A DNA stretch of 63,049 nucleotides, filler included, from Octopus bimaculoides (Eukaryota): assembly GCF_001194135.2 (NCBI RefSeq). It is 7 parts of 6 records of this genome, joined end to end, with 100 filler letters (N's around TTAATTAATTAA, not from the genome) between each part and the next. Parts side by side here need not be neighbours in the genome. Positions count along the whole stretch, not along the records: positions 42,012 to 59,425 come from NC_068991.1; positions 59,526 to 63,049 come from NC_069000.1; 5 more parts are not named here. The stretch is one strand, 5' to 3'. This document shows positions 50,290 to 62,745 of the stretch, piece by piece. The translations under genes and the position numbers were made by a program. Each line of letters begins with the position of its first letter. The stretch's first letter is position 1. The notes under the pieces were generated by a model. The model was not told the DNA's origin and did no database searches. It saw nothing but the letters and a program-made list of their open reading frames with translations.

Positions 50290-51519
50290 GCTTTTTAAAA
50301 TTGAATGAAATTTAATAGTATTTTAAAATGTCTAATGGAATTTAAAATTATTTTTTAAGCATTCGTGTACATTAAACTAATTAAATATTATTTTACACAA
50401 TAATAGAACTAAAATTTCTTTGATTAAAACCCTTTCTAACATGGACGTATCCAAAGAGCATTTGAGGCACATAATGCTTTATGAGTACAAAAAAGGAAAC
50501 TCTGCAACCGAAGCTACTCGAAACATACATTCAGTTTATGGGAAAGAATACTTGAATGAAAGAACTTGCAGAAGATGGTTTGTAAAATTCAGGAGTGGAG
50601 ATTTCAGCCTTGAAGATGAAGATCGAACAGGACGTCCAGTTGAGTTTCATGATAAGCTCCTCGAGGCATCACTTGAAGAAAATCCTGCATTATCAGTTGA
50701 AGAATAGGCAATAAAGCTTAGTTCAAACCATACAACTGTTCATCGTTATCTTCAATAACTTGGAAAGGTTCCTAAACTTGGAAAATAGGTGCCTCATGAA
50801 TTGTCCGAAAGCAACCGCAAATCCCGAGTTGACATCTACTCTTCTCTCCATTCTCTCGAACTCATTTCACCCTTTTTGAATAGACTTGTGACTGGTGACG
50901 AAAAATGGATCTTCTATCGAAATGTTAAACGTCGTAAACAGTGGCTTGGTAAAAGGGAAAAAGCTGAACCACAACCAAGAAGGGAATTTCATGGGAAAAG
51001 GGTTCTTCTCTCTATCTGGTGGGATTGCAAAGGAGTAATTCACTTTGAATTGTTACCACCTAATGCAACAATCAATACCCAAGTCTACTGTCAGCAATTA
51101 GAGCGTTTGAACCAAGCTTTGAAGAAAAAAGACCCGCTTTAGTGGTTTCATCAGAACAATGCGCGACTCCACACTGCAAAGATCACATGACAGAAGATCA
51201 AAGAGCTTAGTTGGGAAAAATTCCTCATCCAACTTATTTTCCCAACCTTGCTCCTTCGGACTACCATTTGTTTCGTAGTTTACAGAATAATATGGGGGAC
51301 ATAACTTTCGCAAGCCAGGAGGAGGTCGAAATTGACATTTCAGAGTTCTTCGCTTTGAAACGAAAAGAGTTTTACATTGATGGGATTAAAAAGCTTGTAA
51401 ATAGATGGAAGGAAGTCATAGATAATCAGGGAAAGTACATTGATGATTAAATTTCAATTAAATATAACATTTGATCACTTTATTCAAAATTCGGACAGAA
51501 CTAATGGGATGACCTGATA
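50290..51519 (+). mobile_element. mariner (DD34D) element, near full length; transposase pseudogene 50441-51450
   Basis: HTH MDVSKEHLRHIMLYEYKKG, VPHEL, VTGDEKW, HQNNAR (second Asp replaced by Asn), LAPSDYHLF. Right TIR TTCGGACAGAACTAATGGGATGACCTGA plus TA; left TIR not seen; several stops. Confidence 0.95.
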
Positions 51520-51590
51520 TTATTGTTATTATTATTATTGTTATTGTTGTTGTTGTTGTTGTTGTTGTTGTTATTATTATTATTATTGTT

Positions 51591-52310
51591 CAGTAGTTTT
51601 ATTTTTATAACGTGCTTTCACTTCACTACCGNNNNNNNNNNNNNNNNNNNNNNNNNNNNNNNNNNNNNNNNNNNNNNNNNNNNNNNNNNNNNNNNNNNNN
51701 NNNNNNNNNNNNNNNNNNNNNNNNNNNNNNNNNNNNNNNNNNNNNNNNNNNNNNNNNNNNNNNNNNNNNNNNNNNNNNNNNNNNNNNNNNNNNNNNNNNN
51801 NNNNNNNNNNNNNNNNNNNNNNNNNNNNNNNNNNNNNNNNNNNNNNNNNNNNNNNNNNNNNNNNNNNNNNNNNNNNNNNNNNNNNNNNNNNNNNNNNNNN
51901 NNNNNNNNNNNNNNNNNNNNNNNNNNNNNNNNNNNNNNNNNNNNNNTTTGACAACTATATCTGGTCTATTTGCCTTTGTTTCTCTATCTGTGTGTATTGG
52001 CATATCCCAGAGTATGGTTGCTTTCTCGTTTTCTGTGACTTTTTCTGGCGTGTGTTTATACCATCTTTTTTCTGTTGTTATTCCATAGTGTTGGCATAGC
52101 TTCCAGTGTATATAGGTCCCAGCTCTGTCGTGTCTGTGAACATATTCCTTCTTAGCCAGGACTGGGCAGCCAGAGATAATATGATTTATTGTCTCTTGTC
52201 CATCTCCACATATTCTACAGTTACTTGTTATGTTTCTTTTCATTATATGTTTTTGGTAATTTCTGGTGGGGAGGCTTTGCCTTTGCACAGCTTCTAACAC
52301 TGGAGATATA
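51591..52310 (-). mobile_element. R4/Dong-like RLE LINE, 5'-truncated copy 1 (CCHC plus RLE, 3' end abutting (AAT/AAC)n)
   Basis: CRICGDGQETINHIISGC (CCHC), RHD..IHW, ANRPDIVV. The 3' tail joins the ATT/GTT microsatellite at 51520-51590. Confidence 0.9.
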
Positions 52311-55300
52311 CTACGGTGCCAGCTGTTCACTACCAGTGAACTAAGCTAACACCCCTTATTTTTCGAGCATCTTCTGGAGTATTCGAGCGGTTCCAAACAG
52401 TGCTGTTTTCTGCAAGTGCTCCACACTTATTGCAGCCCCTATTTGTTCCACGTACTTCTCGAAATTTTTGCTCNNNNNNNNNNGCAGCCCCTATTTGTTC
52501 CACGTACTTCTCGAAATTTTTGCTCACTGTTCCCAGGGCTCCGACAATTATTGGTACTACTGCCACCTTTTTCATCGACTACAGCTGCTTAAATTCCCAA
52601 GCTAACCTGTCATATCTTTCGACTTTCTTTCTTCCTTATCGCATACTTTGTTGTCAGCTGGGCATGCTATGTCTATGATTGAGCATAGTTTGTTTTCTTT
52701 CTCAGTTAAGACTATGTCCGGCTTCCTATTCTTTATCTCATGGTCGCACAGAATCATAAAATCTCATACGTTCTTTGCATTTCCATTTTTGACGATGCTT
52801 TCAGGTTTATGGTCGTACCAATTTTTTGCTCTGTCAAGTCCATACACGTTGCAAAATGTCCAATGCACAAGCCTGGCTATATTGTCGTGGCGTCTCTTAT
52901 ATTCCTTCTGTGCTATTGGCGTACATTGGCTGGTAATATGCCATACTGTTTCACCGTTTTGTTCACAGATTCTGCACTTATCACTTTCTGATGTGTTGTC
53001 TATTCTGTATTTTATGTAGTTTGTTCTTAGTGCTTGCTTTTGGGCAGCACAGATTAGAGCCTCCGTTTCCGGTTTTAAATCACTTTTAGTCATCCACAGC
53101 CAACTTTTTTCTCTGTCTGTCTTATCCTCAACATCTCTATGAAANNNNNNNNNNNNNNNNNNNNNNNNNNNNNNNNNNNNNNNNNNNNNNNNNNNNNNNN
53201 NNNNNNNNNNNNNNNNNNNNNNNNNNNNNNNNNNNNNNNNNNNNNNNNNNNNNNNNNNNNNNNNNNNNNNNNNNNNNNNNNNNNNNNNNNNNNNNNNNNN
53301 NNNNNNNNNNNNNNNNNNNNNNNNNNNNNNNNNNNNNNNNNNNNNNNNNNNNNNNNNNNNNNNNNNNNNNNNNNNNNNNNNNNNNNNNNNNNNNNNNNNN
53401 NNNNNNNNNNNNNNNNNNNNNNNNNNNNNNNNNNNNNNNNNNNNNNNNNNNNNNNNNNNNNNNNNNNNNNNNNNNNNNNNNNNNNNNNNNNNNNNNNNNN
53501 NNNNNNNNNNNNNNNNNNNNNNNNNNNNNNNNNNNNNNNNNNNNNNNNNNNNNNNNNNNNNNNNNNNNNNNNNNNNNNNNNNNNNNNNNNNNNNNNNNNN
53601 NNNNNNNNNNNNNNNNNNNNNNNNNNNNNNNNNNNNNNNNNNNNNNNNNNNNNNNNNNNNNNNNNNNNNNNNNNNNNNNNNNNNNNNNNNNNNNNNNNNN
53701 NNNNNNNNNNNNNNNNNNTTCATCTTTACCATAAAGTTTGAGGTCACCCATGAATAACGAATGGTTGACTTTTTGTTGGCGGCTTTTGAATACATGCCCA
53801 GCTTTTGCTTTCCTCAGAATCAGTGTTAGTGATATCAAGCACAGTACAAAGATCAGTGGGGACAGGCAGTCCCCTTGGAAGATGCCCTTCCTAATTTCTG
53901 CTGTCCCTAAACTTCTTCCGTATGCTGTCAGGTCCATCCTTCAATTCGCCATACTTTTTCCAAGCAATCGCTCAACATTCGATGCAATACCAAATAGGTT
54001 CATTACATTCCATAATCCAAGATTGCGGGATCATATCGTACGCCTTACGATAGTCGATCCATGACATCGCTAAGTTACTTTTCCTCCTCTTGCAGTCTCT
54101 AAGTACAGTTTTCTCTATCACAAGTTGATCCTTGGTGCCTCTGCACTTACGCTTGCAACCCTTCTGCTCATGTGGCAGAGCTCCATTTTTTTTTTCAGAT
54201 GTTCGTACATTGACTCTGCGAGTATTCCAGTTAATAATTTCCACATAAGTGGCAAACAGGATATCAGCCTGTAATTATCTACCGTATTGCCTTTTTCGAT
54301 GTTTTTCAGACACACCAATATCCTACTCAATGTCAACCACTCTGGTGTTACTTGGTCGGCATTTAACAAGGTGTTGAGTTGCGCAGCTATTCGTGCATAA
54401 CATTCACCAAATCTTTTGATCCAGTAGCCTTGAACTCCATCTGGTCCCGGGGTTTCCAGTTGCTNNNNNNNNNNTTTTTTTTTTTGCTGATTTCCTCCAC
54501 CTTCCTAACTGTTCTGCCTGTTTTGGACAGACTACTGTTTGTTTCAGTTCTTGCAACCATTCAGCATCCTTCTTGTGCTCCTTGTCTTTGCTCCAGATGT
54601 CACTCCAAAGTCTTTGACTTTCAATGTTATCTGGTATCAACTTTCGTCTGTACATTCTCCATTTTTGTATTTTTGTTCGCTTTTAAGCTCCTCTTTCTCT
54701 TTTCGGTCTAACACAGATTTCCTTCAAGAGCATGTCTAACCCTGCCTGGATTCTTCTTTTCCATCATTCATGGATCTTTTCTTCTGTCACTCCCATTATG
54801 TTTCTTTTTCTTGACATCAACACCCACATTTTCTGCTACAACAATACTAGCTGCTTTGATCAAATTATTTGTTTCTGTGATATTGTATGTTCTGATGTAT
54901 TTTAGAATTTCATTGACATTTTTCGTTTCTTGCTTCAATTTCCATCGATCAACCTTTTTAAGGTTGCAAATAATGTCGTTATCGCTCTCCTGTAGTCTTA
55001 CCTTTATTCTTTCGTAGATTGCCTTTTGTTTATCTGTCATGTCACCATTAGTTTTATTGTCTTCTTTTAGATCATCTATATGTCTCTCATCAAGTAAACT
55101 ACCACTGCTCCTTTTCTGTGCTATGGGATTACTCTTATTAGTAAGAACTGTATTTTTATTGTTATCTCTGCTGCTATTTTCCATGACCCGTCTTTTGATA
55201 GCTTCGAGCTCTACTTCTGTGAACCATTTTTTCCTTATTGCTCTAGCTTGATCACATAGTTTCTGCTCCGTGAGCTGAAACAATCCCTTTTCTCTCCAAT

Positions 55301-55560
55301 GATCATACATACGTTGTTGGTAACCTCTAATTCGAGCACCATTTTCATCTAGCGGGCTGTTCAGATAGTAACACTCCATGACCACAGCATTAATTTGCTT
55401 TCTCCATCTACGCTGTGTGTGGTGGTCCCTTTCTGGATAGCGACAGGCTGGAACCGTACCAGAACCTCTGAGCTTGCCGGGTGCAACACTGTCACCATCA
55501 ATGGCTTCAGTTACATTACCACCGTTATTCACAATATTTTGTTTTTTCATTGTCACTCAC
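52311..55560 (-). mobile_element. R4/Dong-like RLE LINE, near full-length copy 2 (N-terminal domain, RT, CCHC, RLE), degenerate and gapped
   Basis: N-terminal VMECYYL..P..GYQQRM...TEQKLCDQAR; [54 protein letters not shown]; CRICEQNGETVWHITSQC; LQKTALFGTARIL end. Confidence 0.93.
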
Positions 55561-55908
55561 ATGANNNNNNNNNNNNNNNNNNNNNNNNNNNNNNNNNNNN
55601 NNNNNNNNNNNNNNNNNNNNNNNNNNNNNNNNNNNNNNNNNNNNNNNNNNNNNNNNNNNNNNNNNNNNNNNNNNNNNNNNNNNNNNNNNNNNNNNNNNNN
55701 NNNNNNNNNNNNNNNNNNNNNNNNNNNNNNNNNNNNNNNNNNNNNNNNNNNNNNNNNNNNNNNNNNNNNNNNNNNNNNNNNNNNNNNNNNNNNNNNNNNN
55801 NNNNNNNNNNNNNNNNNNNNNNNNNNNNNNNNNNNNNNNNNNNNNNNNNNNNNNNNNNNNNNNNNNNNNNNNNNNNNNNNNNNNNNNNNNNNNNNNNNNN
55901 NNNNNNNA

Positions 55909-56035
55909 ATGTGTACAGTGCCCAGTAGTGCAATTTTCTGTATGTTATATATACTTATAAGGCCTGGTGTTTTTGTTATGTATTTGTCTGAATATTTTTT
56001 TATCATACCTAATGCGCTTACTATGATAGGTGGTG
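55909..56035 (-). mobile_element. R4/Dong-like RLE LINE C-terminal fragment 3
   Basis: PIIVSALGMIKKYSDKYITKTPG...IQKIALLGTVHI. Confidence 0.8.
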
Positions 56036-58157
56036 GTGGTTGTACTTGAAGGTTCCGTTGTCTGACACAAAATCAACTCTGATAGAGTAGGACTATGATG
56101 AAAAGCATTCCTATCGTGACCATCCTGACTTTTATGGATATATAGATTTAAATTATTTGACATGTTAATATTTTCAAGAAAGTTTGTGCGTGATTTGGTT
56201 ACTGTTTCTTACAGATCAATCCAAGGCGTACAGACTCTATCATTGAAGAAGAGGGTATGAGCTTAGCATTTGCCAAATACTAAGTGAGACTATCTTATGT
56301 TTTTAGCTTCTGCAGCAAGAAAATATGGAAATATTTCCTGTGTTAAAAAAAAAAAGTGTGAATGTTGTTTTTAAAATAGTTTATAAACGAAAATCATAAG
56401 GGGTTCTTTTCTGGTGCCTGTTGGTGAGCAATTTAGAGAAAACCAATACTGGAAAGGGCATTCAAGATAAATTCAAACCAGCGATGGTAGAAACTGAACT
56501 GTAATTCTCCGAGAATTTATAAGTGGTCAACATTCTACTGGCATATTCATTCTCATTAAAAGCACTGAAGGCATAAAATACATTCCCATTATTTGAGCCA
56601 AGCACAGGACTATTATATTGGATGATTTGCTGCTAGCAATTGCATAGAAGAACCTGTAAAAGTCCTATAATGGTTATTTCAATGAGCCAAAAGGATATAT
56701 GCTGAAACAAGAATTTTACTTCAAATTGTACTCCATGATACTTTGACTGCAATCTCTAATCCTCGAGTGACCAGATCAACTTTACCAACTCGATCGAAGA
56801 TGATATTGATGGCCGACATGAAAATTTCTCAAACACAATAAACCGAGAAGAAATAACCGAGAAAGATTTTTTAGGGTTTGATAAAAAGCATATTACTCTA
56901 CCTTTGATATTCGAGAACTATTTTCTCCACTTTGTCCTGCATTTATGTACTTACATCTGTGTGTGTGTGTTTATATATGAATGGATGTATATAATCAAAC
57001 TCTCTCTCTCTCCCCTTCCTTTACTACTTTATTCTTTCTCCCAACTTTCTATATTGTTAGTGATTACTAACTTTGTATAAACGCTTCATCCAGATGTAAA
57101 TTTTGTATTATTTGTTTCTCTGTCTGAAGGACTTCAAATAGGAAATGTCTTACATGTTTGCCCAACAAGTACAGCCTTGTAATTTCTATTAGCAAACGAA
57201 ACACGTGCAATTGTGAATAAATAATGCCTAAAATATTTTCCAGCTTCCTTTTTTAGATATGAAATAACTCTGCGAACAATATTTCCTGAATTTTCAACTT
57301 CAGTATGTACTTAACATAAATACAACTAAATGCTCGACTGTAATACTTGAGTAAGCAGATGTGTTTCAAGAGGATACACCTTGGATTTTACCCTACCTAC
57401 ATTGTGTGTGTGTGTGTGTGTGTATGTGTGTGTGTGAGAGTGTGTGTGTGCGTATGTGTATGTGTGTGTGTANNNNNNNNNNNNNNNNNNNNNNNNNNNN
57501 NNNNNNNNNNNNNNNNNNNNNNNNNNNNNNNNNNNNNNNNNNNNNNNNNNNNNNNNNNNNNNNNNNNNNNNNNNNNNNNNNNNNNNNNNNNNNNNNNNNN
57601 NNNNNNNNNNNNNNNNNNNNNNNNNNNNNNNNNNNNNNNNNNNNNNNNNNNNNNNNNNNNNNNNNNNNNNNNNNNNNNNNNNNNNNNNNNNNNNNNNNNN
57701 NNNNNNNNNNNNNNNNNNNNNNNNNNNNNNNNNNNNNNNNNNNNNNNNNNNNNNNNNNNNNNNNNNNNNNNNNNNNNNNNNNNNNNNNNNNNNNNNNNNN
57801 NNNNNNNNNNNNNNNNNNNNNNNNNNNNNNNNNNNNNNNNNNNNNNNNNNNNNNNNNNNNNNNNNNNNNNNNNNNNNNNNNNNNNNNNNNNNNNNNNNNN
57901 NNNNNNNNNNNNNNNNNNNNNNNNNNNNNNNNNNNNNNNNNNNNNNNNNNNNNNNNNNNNNNNNNNNNNNNNNNNNNNNNNNNNNNNNNNNNNNNNNNNN
58001 NNNNNNNNNNNNNNNNNNNNNNNNNNNNNNNNNNNNNNNNNNNNNNNNNNNNNNNNNNNNNNNNNNNNNNNNNNNNNNNNNNNNNNNNNNNNNNNNNNNN
58101 NNNNNNNNNNNNNNNNNNNNNNNNNNNNNNNNNNNNNNNNNNNNNNNNNNNNNNNNN

Positions 58158-58651
58158 TACTCTCTCGCTGCTCACACGTGACCATCGTCCATCCTTTTTT
58201 TTCACACGTGTTCATCTTTCTTTTCTTCCGGTCTGTTCGACAGACCAGACGTATTCTTGTCTTTCTCCCTTCTATCTTTTCTCCTGTCAAAGAATGTTCC
58301 TCAGCGTTCACCGCTTTACCCCGTCTGGCTTAGCAACCCTTACAATTTGTTTCAATGTCCCGTTTTTGTTACCAACTTTGACCCTCCGAAAAATCCCAAA
58401 TTTTATTTTGGTTTGCGGTTGCAACTGTTTTCTAGAAAGCACATGTCGTGAATTGCCCGAAATGTCGAGTAGATAAATAGCCGAGAACTGATGAAGGGTC
58501 GTTCTTTATGTTACTTATCTTGTTTTGCATTTGTTTCTCTCATTGTTCGCAAAAATAAGTTTGTCTTCGTATTTCATGTTGTTTTTTTTATATTTCGGAT
58601 TTTCATGTTTTCATATTTCATGTTGTTTACGTTTTGTGACGTCCTCTACTA

Positions 58652-58717
<66 letters not shown>

Positions 58718-58806
58718 ATACATGCCTATATATATTTTTATTTATATTATATATATATGTATATATATATATATATGTATATGTGTGTGTGTGTGTGTGT
58801 GTGTGC

Positions 58807-58851
<45 letters not shown>

Positions 58852-58960
58852 TGTGTGTGTGTGTATGTATATATATATATATAAGAGACCAAAGTGTACG
58901 TACACCGACATGTATAAAAAAGATTACAAAAAATGGGACAAGAACGCAAAACATCCAGAC
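58158..58960. mobile_element. Penelope-like terminal-repeat (pLTR)-type remnants around a microsatellite
   Basis: Pyrimidine-rich tail with CCCGAAATGTC and CTGATGAAGGG hammerhead half-motifs (58456-58498). No ORF evidence. Confidence 0.35.
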
Positions 58961-59729
58961 AGCTAGATGTGTGATATATTCCTGGAATTAGCGCGCCAAA
59001 ACGAAGAATTTGTTATATCCGAAACTAGTTCCTGTTTAATGATGCTTGTTTAGGTGATTTTAAATGTCTTGCCCGCTCACGTTTTTGGTATGCTGCTATT
59101 CTAGCGCATCAATTGTCCACGTTAGTGGTCGACGTTATTTTTTAAAATGTACCTTAATCCCCTGAGATTGCAGATAATATTTCTGAATCTCTTTGATTCT
59201 TTAGATGTGCTGGCCTACTGATAATTAATCGATATTAATTAATATATGACTAATTACCAGATTTTATAATAATATTTTACCCATTGCCCATGTTCTCATA
59301 CTGAATATAGAAGACGCAGTAAATATTTTCTGCGGATATATTCCTGGAATTAGCGCGCCAAAACGAAGAATTTGTTATATCCGAAACTAGTTCCTGTTTA
59401 ATGATGCTTGTTTAGGTGATTTTAANNNNNNNNNNNNNNNNNNNNNNNNNNNNNNNNNNNNNNNNNNNNTTAATTAATTAANNNNNNNNNNNNNNNNNNN
59501 NNNNNNNNNNNNNNNNNNNNNNNNNCTTTGCCGTCTACATTCTTCCCTCTATAGTGGCTGCATATACAGCAGTATTTGCGTGATTTCTTCGGAGACATAT
59601 TAACCGGTCAGTACAGTATGTGAGTCGTTAGTCTGCGGAAGTTAAAGCAAGTCACTGAGCATGGGTACATGTCATACGGGAGAGTTCCAATCAGGGGTGG
59701 ATAACAACCTTATAGGAACCCCCTATAGA

Positions 59730-60360
59730 TATTAGGTTGTCTCACATGAAATGTCGCATTTGAATAAGGAAACATTAAAATTATTTTTTAAGTTTTAGAA
59801 CATTTATTTATTTAATCAAAATATGATCCTTGTTCATTTATGACCTTCATCCAACGTTCCTCCAAGGCTATATTCCACCTTCAAAGAATTTGTCATCTTT
59901 TACACCGATAAACTGTTCGAGTGCTTCAATTATCTCTTCTTTATCTAAGAATGTTTTATTGCGTATAGCAAGCTCAAAGTGTTTAAATATGTGATAATCA
60001 GGAGAATAAGGAGGATATGCCGAAATTTCATAATTCAGGCTTTGCAACTTGTGGACCATAGCTTTGTCGTTCAAGTTATGTGTGATCGCACACTGACATG
60101 GTGAAAGTAGATCAGTCAGATTATGGTTCTTTCCCTTCCTTTTAATGGCTTTTCTAAGTTTTTTTAATGTTTCACGTCTGGCAACGTATAGCTCATTGTT
60201 CACAGTACAACCACATTCCAGAAAAACCGGTAGCATTATTCCCTTGTCATTCTCAAAAACAGTCAACCTGACTTTCTGTGCCAGTTGAACCTCTTACAGT
60301 TTAGAGGAGAGGTGTGACACCATTCCATGGAGTGTGTTTTTGCTTCCAGTTCATGAAGAC
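59730..60360 (-). mobile_element. mariner 3' fragment with right TIR
   Basis: KGIMLPVFLECGCTVNNELY...AYPPYSPDYHIFKHF...FFEGGI*; TA-TTAGGTTGTCTCACATGAAATGTCGCA TIR at 59730. Confidence 0.88.
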
Positions 60361-61644
60361 ACGCCAATATTTTGTCTTTTTTTTTTTATCAGAATAAACC
60401 ATTCTGAATCGGAAATTTGTGAGGGACAAATTGCCAGTACAAAATAGTTTATCCTAAGAGATTTATTATATTGCCAGCTTCGTTCGCTTCTGTCTTGGTA
60501 GCTGTCCACTGCCATCAGACTGTGAACATTCTCAGTCATAAAGCCCAGGACTTGTGAAAGTTTTGAGGAATGTTCTCCTCTAAACTCAGAATTGAATAAT
60601 TTGACAAAGATGTTTGGGAAGAATTTGGCGAATAGTCGGAGACGCTCAAACTTTTGCAACCCCATGCTGATCTATCCACCATATCCTCCACCTCTTTCTA
60701 TATTGTAGAACGAGTCGAGAATAAATCTGGTTTAGATGGGGATGCCCATTAACTGAGATCAGTGAAAGCTTACAAAGATCGACCATCGCTACCTGTAGGC
60801 CATGCTAAGAGAACCCTGTTTGGTACCAGTTAATAAGATTGTACAACAATATTTGTTCAGTCATCAAACTAAATGGCTCATTCACGCGCACTCGGCCCGA
60901 CAAGGATACCCTCAACCCTTTCTTCTGTATGTTTTGGCACATGCTAAGGGTGACTCACCTTCAAAAGTTACTGAGCAACAATGACAATGAACAGGGCGAA
61001 CAGATGTGATGGTAGTTCATGCATATATCTTTCAGTATCGTTAAGCAGCCCGCACTCCTTGGTCAAGCGCAGATCGTGGTTGAGCATTTGATGCCTGCAA
61101 TATTGCCTGACTCATACTATAATCCGCTGTGACAGCCAGGTAAACCACGCATTCAACAGAGGATTAATAGACGTTAGCAACATAAATTACTTGGGAGGGT
61201 GTGAGTCTGGGCTTCGACAAGCAGTCTATTCTGGGAGACTGCCAGGTTGGGAATTTAGCTACAGGGAACTCAGGCTATGCGGGACAAAGTATATAAATAC
61301 GGAAATGCTAGGAGCCGAACCTGTCTGATATGCGTACTGAGCGACTAAACCATCCTACATGCACTAGTACTGTGCGCAAGTATTGCCAGCATTTGAGTTT
61401 GTGTCGATCATCTATCACGGCCTCTGTGACAGATGATCGACACTGTTTCGTACTTTTCCTTTGGTAAGAAAGAGCAGCAAGAAAGAGTATGAAGTAATAA
61501 GTAGTTCATGCCAAAAGAAGATTACAACTTAAAAAGGATTCAATACAAAAAGGAGTAGAATAAATAGTACAAATGTTTCAATATCTGGATATTTGTACAA
61601 CTGTAAGGTATTTATTTATACAAAATATTATACACACATATATA

Positions 61645-61800
61645 CATGGGCGTAGCCAGAATTTCGACCGAGAGGGGTTCTCAATAACAAAAACGGAGCT
61701 ACTATTTTACGAAAAACACAAAATTTTGGGAAAAATATATAATGCATTAAGTTGTAGGGTTTTGTCCGCTTCTGTCGACATATTTCTCGTTACGGGAACT
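61645..61800 (+). mobile_element. hAT/Harbinger-like DNA transposon terminus
   Basis: CATGGGCGTAGCCAGAATTT terminal motif; partner end not seen. Confidence 0.35.
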
Positions 61801-62339
61801 ATACACACACATACATACATACATACATACACACATATTTATAATATATAATGTGTGTATGTATATATAAGATATATACATGTGTGTGTGATATATTTAC
61901 ACACATACAGCCACACAAACAACATACACACACACACAGACATATATGTATATATATATATGTAAATATATATTACACATACATGCATATATATATATAT
62001 ATAGAGAGAGAGAGATAGAGATACAGAGAGAGAGAGAGAGAGAGAGAGAAATGGGTTGGAATAGCTAAGAAGTTCGCTTCGCAACCTCAAAGTTCTGGTG
62101 CGATCCCACTTCATAGCAATCTGGGCAAATGTCGTTTTCTATAACTTCGAGCTGACTCATTGCGAGTGAAATTTGATAGACTGAAACTGTAGGTTTGTAC
62201 CTGAATAGAAACTGTTGATTGTACTTGTAATTCAAAAGAAAGAACAGCTAAATCTCACTCAAATCTCACTCTGCCGTTTAAAGAAGAAAATAATATAAAT
62301 AACTAAAGTGTATTCGGACCAACACCCAATGTTGGCTGT

Positions 62340-62745
62340 CACTTTGAGGCTTTGCAATATAGCAACAAGAAATAACAAAATACCTGATGTACAAAAGAGG
62401 CAAGAATTCAGGTAAAACACATAGGCGAGACAAGTGATGCCAATAAAGAAATTAACAGAAAAATGCAAGCCACATCACAAGCATATGTCCGAAAGTACCA
62501 TCACAATATTATCTACCTATGAAGCATGATTACGTGGCCAAAACACTATACAATGCAAACTGTGGAAAGGATAACTGAAAGTTATAATGTAAGAAGCTAA
62601 AATAATATAAAGGTCATACTCGAATTACAAGAGAAAACTGATAGTGTTTCCTATAAGACCTCTGTGAAATGTAGGCACAGCACACCAAACATAATATCTG
62701 ATATCAAGAAAAGAGTGTGACAATAATAGTAATCAGATGTTTACA
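62340..62745 (+). mobile_element. RLE-type LINE fragment (end of CCHC to PD region), interrupted by SINE C
   Basis: HITSICPKVPSQYYLPMKHDYVAKTLYNA and KTSVKCRHSTPNII, in shifted frames. Confidence 0.6.

Noticed and set aside
52432-52524. 42-bp duplication inside the RLE LINE
   Set aside because: Identical copies separated by 10 N: an assembly overlap artefact.
56400-56900. Broken reading frames suggesting a DNA-transposon remnant
   Set aside because: No diagnostic motif recognised; left unassigned pending a profile search.
57120-57160. CTGAAGG...GAAATGTC hammerhead-like motif
   Set aside because: A9 is altered and no stem I can be formed.
18320-59481. Six identical TTAATTAATTAA islands that look like a conserved dispersed motif or PacI sites
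   Set aside because: Each sits in the exact centre of a 100-bp gap (44 N on each side) and gives stops in all six frames: a scaffolding spacer, not biology.
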